A stretch of DNA of 64,000 nucleotides, taken from NCBI GenBank assembly GCA_002269645.1, contig NIVC01002732.1, positions 62,001 to 126,000 of the forward strand, given 5' to 3'. Origin of the DNA: Macrostomum lignano. Its lineage: Eukaryota. Position 1 is the first letter of the stretch, and the number at the start of each line of letters is the position of its first letter. Position numbers and translations under genes: made by a program. Below are positions 14,201 through 25,248 of the stretch, one piece after another. Below the pieces are notes generated by a model. It was not told the DNA's origin. It searched no databases and saw only the letters and a list, made by a program, of their open reading frames with translations.

Positions 14201-16896
14201 CAAGGTTGACACCCGTTTGCAACAGCTTCGCTCAACTACCGGCGATTCAAAATCGGACTTTGATCGATTGAAAGATTATCAATTGGCTTTGCACGAGATT
14301 TTATTTGCTTGCATGAGCCACGTTCGAGCTCTCACCGTTCTGGATTTATTGTTCGTTCGCACCTGGCCGGAGAGCTGTCAAGAGATTATGAAACAATTAG
14401 GCTTGCACTTTGTGCCGAGATGCATCCAGTTGTACAAGAATTTGTTAGAGTGCATCGGCAAGCCCAGTTTAAACGAGTTTGTTGCTACGGGCAAAATAAC
14501 CGGCTTCGGTCAGAGACTGCTAGCCTGGTACAGCGATGAGCAGAACTTTCTCAACTTCAAACTGCTCAGCTTGAGCTTTGGCTTCTCGCGTAGCAGCAGA
14601 TCTCACACCGGAAGTAAACGGTCGACCGGAAATGAAGACGATATTATACTCAGGCTGGAATCCTTAAGGCGAGAGAATGCCGAATTGAATCGGTTTATTC
14701 AGCTGGCTGAGCACCATGAGGCCGCTCAGAGACTGGATTTCAAAGCCTATTATTCTATGAATATGCAGTTCACCATGCGGATGTTCCTGCTGCTGCAGAC
14801 TGCGGTCAAGAGCGCCAGGAAGGCCAAGAGTTCCTACAAACTGGCTGGTGAGTGTCTTTATTGTGGCACAGAGTTCAGTCTGGAGCTCTCCCTGATGTGT
14901 CTGTGCCATCTATCTGCTCTGTCCCTGATGTGTCTGTGCCATCTATCTGCTCTCTCCCTGATGTGTCTGTGCCATCTATCTGCTCTGTCCCTGATGTGTC
15001 TGTGCCATCTATCTGCTCTGTCCCTGATGTGTCTGTGCCATCTATCTGCTCTCTCCCTGATGTGTCTGTGCCATCTATCTGCTCTGTCCCTGATGTGTCT
15101 GTGCCATCTATCTGCTCTCTCCCTGATGTGTCTGTGCCATCTATCTGCTCTCTCCCTGATGTGTCTGTGCCATCTATCTGCTCTCTCCCTGATGTGTCTG
15201 TGCCATCTATCTGCTCTCTCCCTGATGTGTCTGTGCCATATATCTGCTCTGTCCCTGATGTGTCTGTGCCATCTATCTTCTCTCCCTGATGTGTCTGTGC
15301 CATCTATCTGCTCTCTCCCTGATGTGTCTGTGCCATCTATCTGCTCTCTCCCTGATGTGTCTGTGCCATCTATCTGCTCTCTCCCTGATGTGTCTGTGCC
15401 ATCTATCTGCTCTCTCCCTGATGTGTCTGTGCCATCTATCTGCTCTCTCCCTGATGTGTCTGTGCCATCTATCTGCTCTCTCCCTGATGTGTCTGTGCCA
15501 TCTATCTGCTCTGTCCCTGATGTGTCTGTGCCATCTATCTGCTCTGTCCCTGATGTGTCTGTGCCATCTATCTGCTCTCTCCCTGATGTGTCTGTGCCAT
15601 CTATCTGCTCTCTCCCTGATGTGTCTGTGCCATCTATCTGCTCTCTCCCTGATGTGTCTGTGCCATCTATCTGCTCTGTCCCTGATGTGTCTGTGCCATC
15701 TATCTGCTCTCTCCCTGATGTGTCTGTGCCATCTATCTGCTCTGTCCCTGATGTGTCTGTGCCATCTATCTGCTCTGTCCCTGATGTGTCTGTGCCATCT
15801 ATCTGCTCTCTCCCTGATGTGTCTGTGCCATCTATCTGCTCTCTCCCTGATGTGTCTGTGCCATATATCTGCTCTCTCCCTGATGTGTCTGTGCCATCTA
15901 TCTGCTCTCTCCCTGATGTGTCTGTGCCATCTATCTGCTCTGTCCCTGATGTGTCTGTGCCATCTATCTGCTCTGTCCCTGATGTGTCTGTGCCATCTAT
16001 CTGCTCTGTCCCTGATGTGTCTGTGCCATCTATCTGCTCTGTCCCTGATGTGTCTGTGCCATCTATCTGCTCTGTCCCTGATGTGTCTGTGCCATCTATC
16101 TGCTCTCTCCCTGATGTGTCTGTGCCATCTATCTGCTCTCTCCCTGATGTGTCTGTGCCATCTATCTGCTCTGTCCCTGATGTGTCTGTGCCATCTATCT
16201 GCTCTGTCCCTGATGTGTCTGTGCCATCTATCTGCTCTCTCCCTGATGTGTCTGTGCCATCTATCTGCTCTCTCCCTGATGTGTCTGTGCCATCTATCTG
16301 CTCTCTCCCTGATGTGTCTGTGCCATCTATCTGCTCTGTCCCTGATGTGTCTGTGCCATCTATCTGCTCTGTCCCTGATATGTCTGTGCCATCTATCTGC
16401 TCTGTCCCTGATGTTGCCCCAACTTCCCAACCCTACCCAGAGAGAGATCTTCCCGACCTAGAGAAGTGCCAAGAGAAAGCCAAGATGGTGGTTGACTACA
16501 GCAATTTCACCAGCGTACGACTGAAAGAACTGAGCAGACAGCTGGTTCTGAGTTCAACATTCAAATCATTCTGGGTTCGCTGCAAACTAGACAAAGATCA
16601 CGTGGACCGAGTCAGGGATCAGATCTCCCATTTGCACACCTGTCAGCTGGTACAGACTCGCGAGGTTGCTATGCCCGGATTTGAGAATTATCGATTGAGA
16701 TTGTTAGTGTTTAGCGAGTTCCTGCTCATCGTGTCCGAGACCGAGGAGCCCAAGGGTGTTGTTAAATACCAGCTGCTGCGGCATCTAGGTGAGTGCTGGT
16801 CTGGGGTGGCTGGCTAGTTTGCTAGGTTATTGTTAGGTAATAGGTAGGTAAAATAGCATGATGATGGACTTGTAGGTGAATTGGATTGATTGATGA

Positions 16897-16975
<79 letters not shown>

Positions 16976-16976
16976 C

Positions 16977-17015
<39 letters not shown>

Positions 17016-17018
17016 CTA

Positions 17019-17054
<36 letters not shown>

Positions 17055-17064
17055 GGACAGACAC

Positions 17065-17116
<52 letters not shown>

Positions 17117-20100
17117 CGACAGACAGACAGACAGACAGACACACAGACAGACAGACAGACAGACAGAAAGATAGACAGACAGACAGACAGACACTAAGAC
17201 AGACAGACAGACAGACAGACACTAAGACAGGCAGACAGGACAGACAGACCAGACATACAGCGAGGGATGCAGGTCGAGAGGGAGACAGGCAGAATGGCAT
17301 ATATACCGGTAGATAGAAACACAGGTAGTCGGGCAAGGGCTGTATAGATAGAAATCAATATTAGGTCCGCATAGACGCACAGGGCTGTCTCTTATTAATT
17401 TTGTATTTAAGTAATGCCCCATCGTTTCCCACCTCAGGCCAGAGCATGTCAGTGGGCGGCTCAGGCTCCTCAGAGGCCTCAGACGTTGGCAATATGGGCA
17501 GCCTGCGAGCTGTCAGCTGCCCGCCTATCATCCCTATGCCAAACGTTATCCACGTGTTCGAAGGCCGCCAACAGAAATCGTCATCTAGCGGTCGCCAACC
17601 TACGGAGTTCCGCATGGTGATTGACCACCCGAGCACTAGCCGCACCGAGTCTCTTCTAGTGGTGTTCAACCTGCGCAAAGACAAGCCTAAAATGCCATTC
17701 TCAGACAGAGAGACCGACACTTCAGCTAGCGATATTGTTGAGTCGATTAAAAAATTACAGGAACGATTTAAAGCTGTCAACATAAACAGATCGGGTTCGG
17801 TTAATAGCATTGGCTCTGTCACCTCCGCTCCGGCTGAGATGGCCAGCGGGTCCAGTCCATTAAGTGAGGATGCGGTCGCTTCAAGGTGAGTGTGTTTGAC
17901 CTGGATTTTTGAGTAGCTTAGACTGACCTACCCACAGTGATTTTTTTTTGTGTCTGGCGGTCTGACCTGACCTTAGAGTCTAGGGGTTTGACATGACCTT
18001 AGAGTATCCGGAGTCTGACCTGACCTGCGAGTTTCTGGGGGGTCTGTCATGACCTTTGAGTTTCTGGGGGTCTGACATGACCTTCGAGTTTCTGGGAGTC
18101 TGACGTGACCTTTGAGTTTCTGGGGGTCTGACGTGACCTTTGAGTTTCTGGGGGTCTGACGTGACCTTTGAGTTTCTGGGGGTCTGACGTGACCTTTGAG
18201 TTTCTGGGGGTCTGTCATGACCTTTGAGTTTCTGGGAGTCTGACGTGACCTTTAAGTTTCTGGGGGTCTGACCTGACCTTTGAGTTTTTAAGGATCTGAC
18301 CTAACCTTTGAGTTTCTGGGGGTCTGACGTGACCTTTGAGTTTCTGGGACTCTGACGTGACCTTTGAGTTTTTGGGGATCTGACCTGACCTTTGAGTTTT
18401 TAAGGATCTGACCTGACCTTTGAGTTTCTAGGGATCTGACCTGACCTTTGAGTTTCTGGGGATCTGACCTGACCTTAGAGTGTCTGGGTCTGAAATAAAC
18501 TTTGAGTACCTTAATCTGGCCAGCTTTTGGGTAGGTGCTAACCTACGTAATTTTGGTTTTTTGGGTCTGACCTAATTGTCAGTAGTTGGTGGTCTGACCT
18601 AGTTGTCAGTAGTTGGGTCTGACCTAATTGTCAGTAGTTGGGTCTGACCTAATTGTCAGTAGTTGGTGGTCTGACCTAATTGTCAGTAGTTGGTGGTCTG
18701 ACCTAATTGTCAGTAGTTGGTGGTCTGACCTAGTTGTCAGTAGTTGGGTCTGACCTAATTGTCAGTAGTTGGGTCTGACCTAATTGTCAGTAGTTGGTGG
18801 TCTGACCTAATTGTCAGTAGTTGGTGGTCTGACCTAATTGTCAGTAGTTGGTGGTCTGACCTTTCAAGTAACTGACTTGCAATCTCTTTAACATTCCGTC
18901 TCCCATTTTATCAGCAGTACTCGAGGCTCAACTCTGACGGAAGAGAAAGAAGACGACATTGAAGACCAGGAGGACATGCCGTTGCCCTCGCTGCCTCAGT
19001 CAGAGGCTTCATCAGCTGGCGAGATGCTGCACAATCGTTCCGACTCGCCTGACTCGTCATCGTCGCCTTCAACTCCGATTGCTAACGAAGACTCGTCTCT
19101 GATAGTTAGTCCTGGGTCGATTGATAGAGCCGCCGATCAATCCCAGTTAGAACCGTTGCAGGATCAACCTTCCAGTCTCTCTGCTGTCGGCGTAGATGAA
19201 GCTCAGATTGACAGCTTGTCAGCCAGGCAATTGCAGTTAGCTTCGGAGTTGCGCAGCCAGCTGTGTTCGGTGCTCAACCTCAACCCGGAATCTTTTGACG
19301 CTGTTTCTGAGGTGAGATGCTTGTATTTGAGCTCTGCAAAGGGATCACTAAATCACCCTACAGAATCACCCCTAATCACCCTACAGAATCGCCCCTAATC
19401 ACCCTACAGAATCACCCCTAATCACCCTACAGAATCGCCCCTAATCACCCTACAGAATCACCCCTAATCACCCTACAGAATCGCACCTAATCACCCTACA
19501 GAATCGCCCCTAATCACCCTACAGAATCGTCCCTAATCACCCTACAGAATTGCCCCAAATCACCCTACAGAATCACCCCTAATCACCCTACAGAATCACC
19601 CCTAATCACCCTACAGAATCGCACCTAATCACCCTACAGAATCGCCCCTAATCACCCTACAGAATCGTCCCTAATCACCCTACAGAATTGCCCCAAATCA
19701 CCCTACAGAATCACCCCTAATCACCCTACAGAATCGCCCCTAATCACCCTACAGAATCACCCCTAATCACCCTACAGAATCGCACCTAATCACCCTACAG
19801 AATTGCCCCAAATCACCCTACAGAATCACCCCTAATCACCCTACAGAATCGCCCCTAATCACCCTACAGAATTGCCCCAAATCACCCTACAGAATCACCC
19901 CTAATCACCCTACAGAATCACCCCTAATCACCCTACAGAATTGCCCCAAATCACCCTACAGAATCACCCCTAATCACCCTACAGAATTGCCCCAAATCAC
20001 CCTACAGAATCACCCCTAATCACCCTACAGAATCACCCCTAATCACCCTACAGAATCACCCCTAATCACCCTAAAGAATCACCCCTAATCACCCTACAGA

Positions 20101-23100
20101 ATCACCCCTAATCACCCTACAGAATCACCCCTAATCACCCTACAGAATCACCCCTAATCACCCTACAGAATCACCCCTAATCACCCTACAGAATCGCTCC
20201 AAATCACCTACAGAATCACCCCTAATCACCCTACAGAATCGCTCCAAATCACCTACAGAATCACCCCTAATCACCCTACAGAATCGCCCCTAATCACCTA
20301 CAGAATCGCCTTTATAATTATGTAAAAATAATATATGATCCAACTTATTCAATACGGATATCCCAGTTCGCCCAAGAGTCCGACCAGCCCGACACCAAGG
20401 ATGGCGTCCTGGTTGCCTACAAGCAGTTCGAGCAGCTGCTGGAGACGCTGCCCCGCCTAATGAAAGCATTGCTACCTTCGTCAGAAGGGCCCGGCGCAGC
20501 TGAGACCCTGCTGGATCAGCTGACCGTTGGAACCGGTAAGACGGCCAAAGTTCTCCAACAACTCAGTGGCCTCCAGTCATCTGATGACGACAAAGAAAAT
20601 GATTTAAATGACGTAGCGGACGCTGGAGCTTCGGCGGAATCGGTTAATCCTGATCAGGTGCGTTTCTTGTGTCAAAGTGCCAATATTTATAGTACACGTA
20701 TATGAATCAATAGCCATTGGAGCTTTGTTCACGTCGAAGATCTCTAATCACCCATTCCACTCCATTCACGCACCTAACTCTGTTCACCCACCACAATCAG
20801 ACTCAGTTCACCCACCTCATTCCATTCACCCACCCCACTCCGTTCACCCACACCACTCCGTTCACCCACCTCATTCCATTCACCCACCCCACTCCAGTCA
20901 CCCACACTACTCCGTTCACCCACCAAACTCCGTTCACCCATCTCATTCCATTCACTCACCCAACTCCGTTTTCCCACCTCATTCCATTCACCCACCCACT
21001 CCGTTCACCCACCTCCTTCCATTCACCCACCCACTCCGTTCACCCACCTCATTCCATTCATCCACCCTACTCCGTTCACCCACCCACTCTATTCACCCAT
21101 TCCACTCCATTCACCCACCCCACTCCAATCACACACCCACTCTTCACCCACCCACTCTAATCACGCACCCACTACATTCACCGATGCCACTTCACAGTCA
21201 CCTAATGCACCCCAGGTACCCATTTTAAGAATAAATGCAATCATTAAACTATTGATGCTCGGCATTCAATCAACTGCATCTCTAAACCTTACCCCTTGCC
21301 AATAATCAGCAACAGGAAGCTGTACAACAAGTCTGCAACCCTACAACAACTGGTGTTGAAGATTTTCCCCGAGATTCACAACAATCAGAGCAACAACAGG
21401 AGCAACATGAAGAGCAGACTGCTAATATTGAGCAGGAGAAACACGAATTCACCGACACTTCATTGGCGATGACTCATTCCGATGATGAAGGTAAAAATTT
21501 TAATTATGATTTTATTTATTCTTATATATGCTTTGGCGCCTAAGAATTAAAGTAGACAATATTTATTTATTCATTAAAATTCAAGTTTATATTTGACACT
21601 GTAACTGACTTTCGGGGTGGCGTGATTATCATTATTAAGCTCCCAGGGGAAACCTACGCTCGTAATTATAATTGAGCCATCCAATAAAATTTGACCTTCA
21701 AATCTACCCAATCAAATTTGGCCTTCAAGGCCACTCAATAAAATTTGACCTTGAAATCTACCCAATCAAATTTGGCCTTCAAGGCCAACCAATAAAATTT
21801 GATCTTGAAATCTACCCAATCAAATTTGACCTTCTAGGCCACCCAATAAAAATTGATCTTCAAAGCCACCCAATAAAATTTGACCCTTAGAATCAACCCA
21901 ATTAAATTTTACCTTTAAGGCCACCCACAGATACTAGAATAACTAGATGGGCCACTCAGCACATTTGCGTGTAAGCTACTTTCAGTTCAGTAGCAAGTTA
22001 AACTGAGGCATTTTACGATAAGGCGCATTTATTGGCTCTTCCCCCCCAGCTTAAACCCTCAAACTTCACGCAGAACCTCTACCCCCGCCCCGCCGCCCAA
22101 TTTTTATTACTTTCCTCCGTTGTTCCAGTCTAAAGCTGCCATGTACATTTCAATGGACTGGCTAATGTACATTATTGCTGAACCAATAAGCAAGCTGGTT
22201 ACGCCTGCAAGCTTGGGCTTCTAAACTTATCAAAGTCATTTCAGCTGTATTCTTCTTTGCTACTGAACTAAAAAGTAGAAAGCTGTTTTACTAAGTTACT
22301 AATATACGCCTGAGTGGCCCATCTAGTTATTTTTAGTATCTGTCAGGCCACCCAATCAAATTTGACCTTTAAGGCCACCCAATCAAATTTGACCTTTAAG
22401 GCCACCCAATCAAATTTGACCTTTAAGGCCACCCAGTCAAATTTGACCTTTAAGGCCACCCAATCAAATTTGACCTTTAAGGCCACCCAATCAAATTTGA
22501 CCTTTAAGGCCACCCAATCAAATTTGATCTTTAAGGCCACCCAATCAAATTTGACCTTTAAGGCCACCCAATCAAATTTGACCTTTAAGGCCACCCAATC
22601 AAATTTGATCTTTAAGGCCACCCAGTCAAATTTGACCTTTAAGGCCACCCAATCAAATTTGACCTTTAAGGCCACCCAATCAAATTTGACCTTTAAGGCC
22701 ACCCAATCAAATTTGACCTTTAAGGCCACCCAATCAAATTTGACCTTTAAGGCCACCCAATCAAATTTGACCTTTAAGGCCACCCAGTCAAATTTGACCT
22801 TTAAGGCCACCCAATCAAATTTGACCTTTAAGGCCACCCAATCAAATTTGACCTTTAAGGCCACCCAGTCAAATTTGACCTTTAAGGCCACCCAATCAAA
22901 TTTGACCTTTAAGGCCACCCAATCAAATTTGACCTTTAAGGCCACCCAGTCAAATCTGACCTTAAAACCTGCACAATCAAATTTGATGAAGAGTTCGCTT
23001 TAGCACACTAGAGAGAGAGGGAAAGAGAGAGAGAGAAAGAGAAGAGAGAGAGAAATTAATCTAGTGTCTAAACGCACGAACTCCAACTTCCAGACCTCAA

Positions 23101-25248
23101 GCCTGGGAACAAGGTTCAGTGTTCACTTACTGATGCGGGCTCCTCTTCTTTGTCGGGCAGGTTCTCCGAGCTCGTCTCTTCAAATATTCTTCCTCCGGAG
23201 TAGTCTTGAATTATAGAATCGGCCGAATATGAGAGCTTAATAACTTAGTCCGTCGACGTCAATATATTCCTCGAGTGCAGAAATCAATATATTCCTCGAG
23301 TGCAGAGATGCGCCCTAATAACAAAGTCAATTCTATAACAATAACGAGGTCCTCCGAAAGGGCGTCTTCTTCTAGAAATAACGGAATCGGAGTCGTTTGC
23401 TCCTATCGGTTACTCTAGGGTACCAAAATCAATCAATCAGTAATCGACTAAGAGTATCGGAATCGGTCCGCAGATCCTATCCAATCCCTTAGGAATAGGG
23501 AGGCCTCAAATTCAATAACTCAATAAATCGACTTATCAGTAACGGCCGGCAATGACACAGCTCTCAATAATCGAATAACAAAGACTTCAAATAACAAAGA
23601 CTCTAACAAAGGCTTACCAATTGGTGTTTGTCTCTCTCAGAGATATAGCCTTGCTTGGTAACTCTGGCTAAGCCTAAGATCTCTTAAGGCTGCTCCGAGT
23701 CTGAGGTTTCAGCTCGGATTTTTGCTTGTATTTTTACACGATTTCATTCGACCTTGAGCTTCAAACTGGTTTTATTGATAAGAATCAAAAGATGGACTTT
23801 GTCTCTTGACCGGTGGGGTTTTACATAGAAAGGGGTGAAGCCTAAATCGCATTTAACTTGACCTTTACCATATTTGGAAATTTAGGTTGAAAACCGGTTT
23901 TTTGGACTATGTAACGATCACTCGCTGTTTACGTGATACTGCATGCATTACTGAAAATAGAGTATGACGCATGTTAATTTTAAATACGAGCCGTAGTATT
24001 CATGTTTTTATCTTGCTACTTTTAGTAGCCTACTATGCTTGGAGATCTCTACATTGACAAATTTGAAATTTGATTAGTACGCTAAAATCAAATCGTCTCC
24101 ACCTATCCTTAATCTGTTTAATCATATTTATTTTCTTTTTCTTTAAATTGCTAAAAGCAACAACAAAAGCAGAAACGGTGGGCGACTCAAGCGGGCTGGA
24201 TTCTGCTCAGAGTGAATTGTTTAGTTTGTCTATTGAAAAGGCGTCTGGGTAAGCTGAGGTCTCAATTATCACAACTATTGTTCAGCTTTGTAGTAAATAA
24301 CTTGCTTAATGAACATTACAATGTTAATTATCTTAATTTATTATCTGCCGTGATTGAATTATATCCCAATTTAACCTGTTTATATTAGATTTGCTCAATC
24401 CTCATCTTTAATTTGCAGACGAAGGATACAGTTTTCACTTTTCAAGTAATTTGTTTCATATTTTAAATATCCCCTTTTATTATATTGGATTTTTGGATAA
24501 TCGCATTTCCTCATCAACCAAATTAATCAGAATCACCTGATGAAAATTTTGCTTGCCAGAAATTACTTTTAAACAATCTGGAATTTCTAGTTTTAACAAA
24601 AATTTAGAATATCTAGTTAAACAGTGATAAATTTAGTTTCGATTTGAGTAGAAAACTCACTTTTGCATTGATTTTATTCCTTCATCCAATTAATTTCACT
24701 TTTTCATATTTATATTGTAGTTTTGCTAATATGCTTTTGAATTGGAACGGCTAACTCTGCTGATTGTAAACTTTTTCAACACTTTAAGTCAATCTCCAAT
24801 TACGAGGGTAGCCTCATTTCTTTTAATTATCTAAACACCCAAACACCCACCTCCCTCCTCCAGTCACCCACCCCACTCCATTCACCCACCCCACTCCATT
24901 CACCCACCTCCAGTCACCCACCCCACTCCATTCACCCACCCCACTCTATTCACCCACACCACTCCATTCACCCACACCACTCCATTCACCCACCCCATTC
25001 CATTCACCCACCCCACTCCATTCACCCACCTCCAGTCACCCACCTCACTCCAGTCACCCACCCACTCCATTCACCCACCCCACTCCAGTCACCCACCCCA
25101 CTCCGCCCGCAGGCCTGACCTCTTCAGCGGGCAGCCGCCGCTGGTCGACGGAGACGCAGACGCCGCCCCCAGCAGCGGGCATTGTGAGCCGCAGGCGCAG
25201 CTACCTGACGCCCAGGCTGATTCGAACGAGCTCGGCCACGCTGATTAG
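2031..25248 (+). CDS. RGS-RhoGEF family protein (rgRGS-C1-DH-PH; RhoGEF2/ARHGEF11/12-like), multi-exon, N-terminus outside the window; gene span
   Basis: Phase-consistent AG/GT exon chain: 2031-2285, 2982-3191, 5435-5569, 6716-6985, 8295-8928, 9527-9619, (9785-9829), 10870-11214, 12147-12257, 13041-13219, 14103-14847, 16441-16788, 17438-17885, 18915-19311, 20367-20657, 21316-21490, 24158-24248, 25113-25248. Total 4908 nt, divisible by 3, ending in TAG. rgRGS motifs AFSDVQQLK...MLFLHLLLS and AYEIYSTFL, a C1 zinc finger, DH CR1/CR3 and a PH-like region are recognisable. Confidence 0.85.
2310..2735. repeat. 22-bp G-rich minisatellite (gggagatagagtggggaatgat)
   Basis: Direct reading; intronic. 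Confidence 0.95.
2982..3191 (+). CDS. RhoGEF exon, Gln-rich (PREQQHRRR...GTVNR)
   Basis: tacag acceptor, CGC|gtatga donor, 210 nt, phase 0/0. Confidence 0.6.
3345..3958. repeat. 19-20-bp minisatellite (gactagattgtgaaggcgt / gactagatctaatgaggccgt)
   Basis: Direct reading. Confidence 0.95.
5435..5569 (+). CDS. RhoGEF exon, start of rgRGS domain
   Basis: ttcccag acceptor, TTG|gtgagt donor; [25 protein letters not shown] resembles the LARG-type CFQSIELLKSRPAHLAVFLHHVVS motif (recalled). Confidence 0.8.
5718..6690. repeat. 31-bp minisatellite (gagtgacatacagagtgaaaagcttcaaatt)
   Basis: About 31 near-identical copies. Confidence 0.95.
6716..6985 (+). CDS. RhoGEF exon, rgRGS core
   Basis: tttttattag acceptor, CAG|gtgagt donor; [20 protein letters not shown] motif. 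Confidence 0.85.
7058..7345. mobile_element. hAT-like MITE
   Basis: 14-bp TIRs (cggaggcgttgcca / tggcgacgcctcag, 12 of 14 match) flanked by an 8-bp TSD ATATCTTA (7050-7057, 7346-7353). Confidence 0.8.
7385..8195. repeat. 38-bp pyrimidine-rich minisatellite
   Basis: ctcatctctaatctcctatctcatctctagtctgctgt, about 21 copies. Confidence 0.95.
8295..8928 (+). CDS. RhoGEF exon, end of rgRGS and first half of C1 domain
   Basis: gcgcag acceptor, ACC G|gtgagc donor; open 211 codons; [32 protein letters not shown]. Confidence 0.85.
8929..9505. repeat. 24-bp minisatellite with longer insertion variants
   Basis: aattgagctgggatctcatgggta; begins at the splice donor. Confidence 0.95.
9527..9619 (+). CDS. 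RhoGEF exon, second half of C1 domain
   Basis: caacag acceptor, A|gtgagt donor, phase 1/1; [22 protein letters not shown] completes the C1 Cys/His pattern. Confidence 0.85.
9785..9829 (+). CDS. Possible 45-nt symmetric micro-exon ([15 protein letters not shown])
   Basis: ttgtacag acceptor, weaker G|gtgaac donor, phase 1/1, frame-preserving. Confidence 0.4.
10065..10635. repeat. 23-bp minisatellite (gacaccctagtttagggactact)
   Basis: Direct reading. Confidence 0.95.
10870..11214 (+). CDS. RhoGEF exon, Ser/Pro-rich linker
   Basis: tgacag acceptor, TTG G|gtaatt donor, phase 1/1; matches ORF 10857-11237. Confidence 0.75.
11240..11630. repeat. Degenerate about 24-bp minisatellite (tctcatgtctatctaatctctcag)
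   Basis: Direct reading. Confidence 0.9.
12147..12257 (+). CDS. RhoGEF exon, linker (DLMLAPPP...RAGSF)
   Basis: ctgcag acceptor, A|gtgagt donor, phase 1/1. Confidence 0.7.
12258..13040. repeat. 12-bp based (gtgtctggctgt/gtgtctgcctgt) repeat filling an intron
   Basis: Runs from donor to acceptor. Confidence 0.95.
13041..13219 (+). CDS. RhoGEF exon, linker (...VGRSSSDRE...PADKK)
   Basis: gtccag acceptor, AAG|gtaacg donor, phase 1/0. Confidence 0.7.
13230..14050. repeat. 20-bp minisatellite (gtcagtaagagtcagacagg)
   Basis: About 40 copies. Confidence 0.95.
14103..14847 (+). CDS. RhoGEF exon, DH domain (CR1-CR3)
   Basis: ccgcag acceptor, GCT G|gtgagt donor; [21 protein letters not shown] and [22 protein letters not shown] align without gaps to recalled DH CR1 and CR3. 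Confidence 0.85.
14888..16415. repeat. 33-bp minisatellite inside the DH-domain intron
   Basis: cctgatgtgtctgtgccatctatctgctct(c/g)tc, about 46 copies, one 2-nt deletion near 15278. Confidence 0.95.
16441..16788 (+). CDS. RhoGEF exon, DH alpha6 and PH N-terminal half
   Basis: acccag acceptor, CTA G|gtgagt donor, phase 1/1; [15 protein letters not shown] is PH-like. Confidence 0.85.
16897..17250. repeat. (CAGA)n microsatellite
   Basis: Direct reading. Confidence 0.95.
17438..17885 (+). CDS. RhoGEF exon, PH C-terminal half
   Basis: cctcag acceptor, AG|gtgagt donor, phase 1/2; matches ORF 17401-17889. Confidence 0.8.
17960..18490. repeat. 28-bp minisatellite (ctgacgtgacctttgagtttctgggggt)
   Basis: Direct reading. 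Confidence 0.95.
18563..18862. repeat. 24/27-bp minisatellite (ggtctgacctaattgtcagtagtt[ggt])
   Basis: Direct reading; shares the tctgacct core with the 28-bp array. Confidence 0.95.
18915..19311 (+). CDS. RhoGEF exon, acidic/Ser-rich tail
   Basis: tcagcag tandem acceptor (start 18915 or 18918), GAG|gtgaga donor, phase 2/0. Confidence 0.75.
19345..20312. repeat. 23-bp minisatellite (aatcaccctacagaatcrcccct)
   Basis: About 42 copies. Confidence 0.95.
20367..20657 (+). CDS. RhoGEF exon, C-terminal helical region
   Basis: tcccag acceptor, CAG|gtgcgt donor, phase 0/0. Confidence 0.75.
20745..21200. repeat. About 18-bp C-rich repeat (ccaccccactccattcac)
   Basis: Degenerate; related arrays at 24850-25105 and 26098-26262. 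Confidence 0.9.
21316..21490 (+). CDS. RhoGEF exon, Q/E-rich
   Basis: caacag acceptor, GAA G|gtaaaa donor, open frame, phase 0/1. Confidence 0.65.
21670..21930. repeat. Diverged 27-bp repeat (ccacccaataaaatttgacctt...)
   Basis: Older relatives of the 22345-22985 array. Confidence 0.85.
22345..22985. repeat. 27-bp homogeneous minisatellite (ggccacccaatcaaatttgacctttaa)
   Basis: About 23 copies. Confidence 0.95.
23050..23830 (-). mobile_element. Possible LTR-element fragment in a RhoGEF intron
   Basis: Non-repetitive insert of distinct composition. The minus strand reads TGTAAAACCCC (about 23824) ... AACACCA then ATTGGTAAG (LTR-end/PBS-like). No ORF seen. Confidence 0.25.
24158..24248 (+). 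CDS. RhoGEF penultimate exon
   Basis: ctaaaag acceptor, GG|gtaagc donor, phase 1/2, which gives the acidic frame of the last exon. Confidence 0.55.
24850..25105. repeat. 18-bp C-rich repeat ending at the last acceptor
   Basis: Direct reading. Confidence 0.9.
25113..25248 (+). CDS. RhoGEF last coding exon (PDLFSGQPP...LGHAD*)
   Basis: cccgcag acceptor; GC-rich; TAG at 25246-25248; AT-rich UTR-like sequence follows. Confidence 0.6.

Noticed and set aside
14166-16817. 883-aa ORF as one CDS
   Set aside because: It joins two real exons through a satellite intron with consensus gtgagt/cccag ends; DH homology resumes exactly at 16441.
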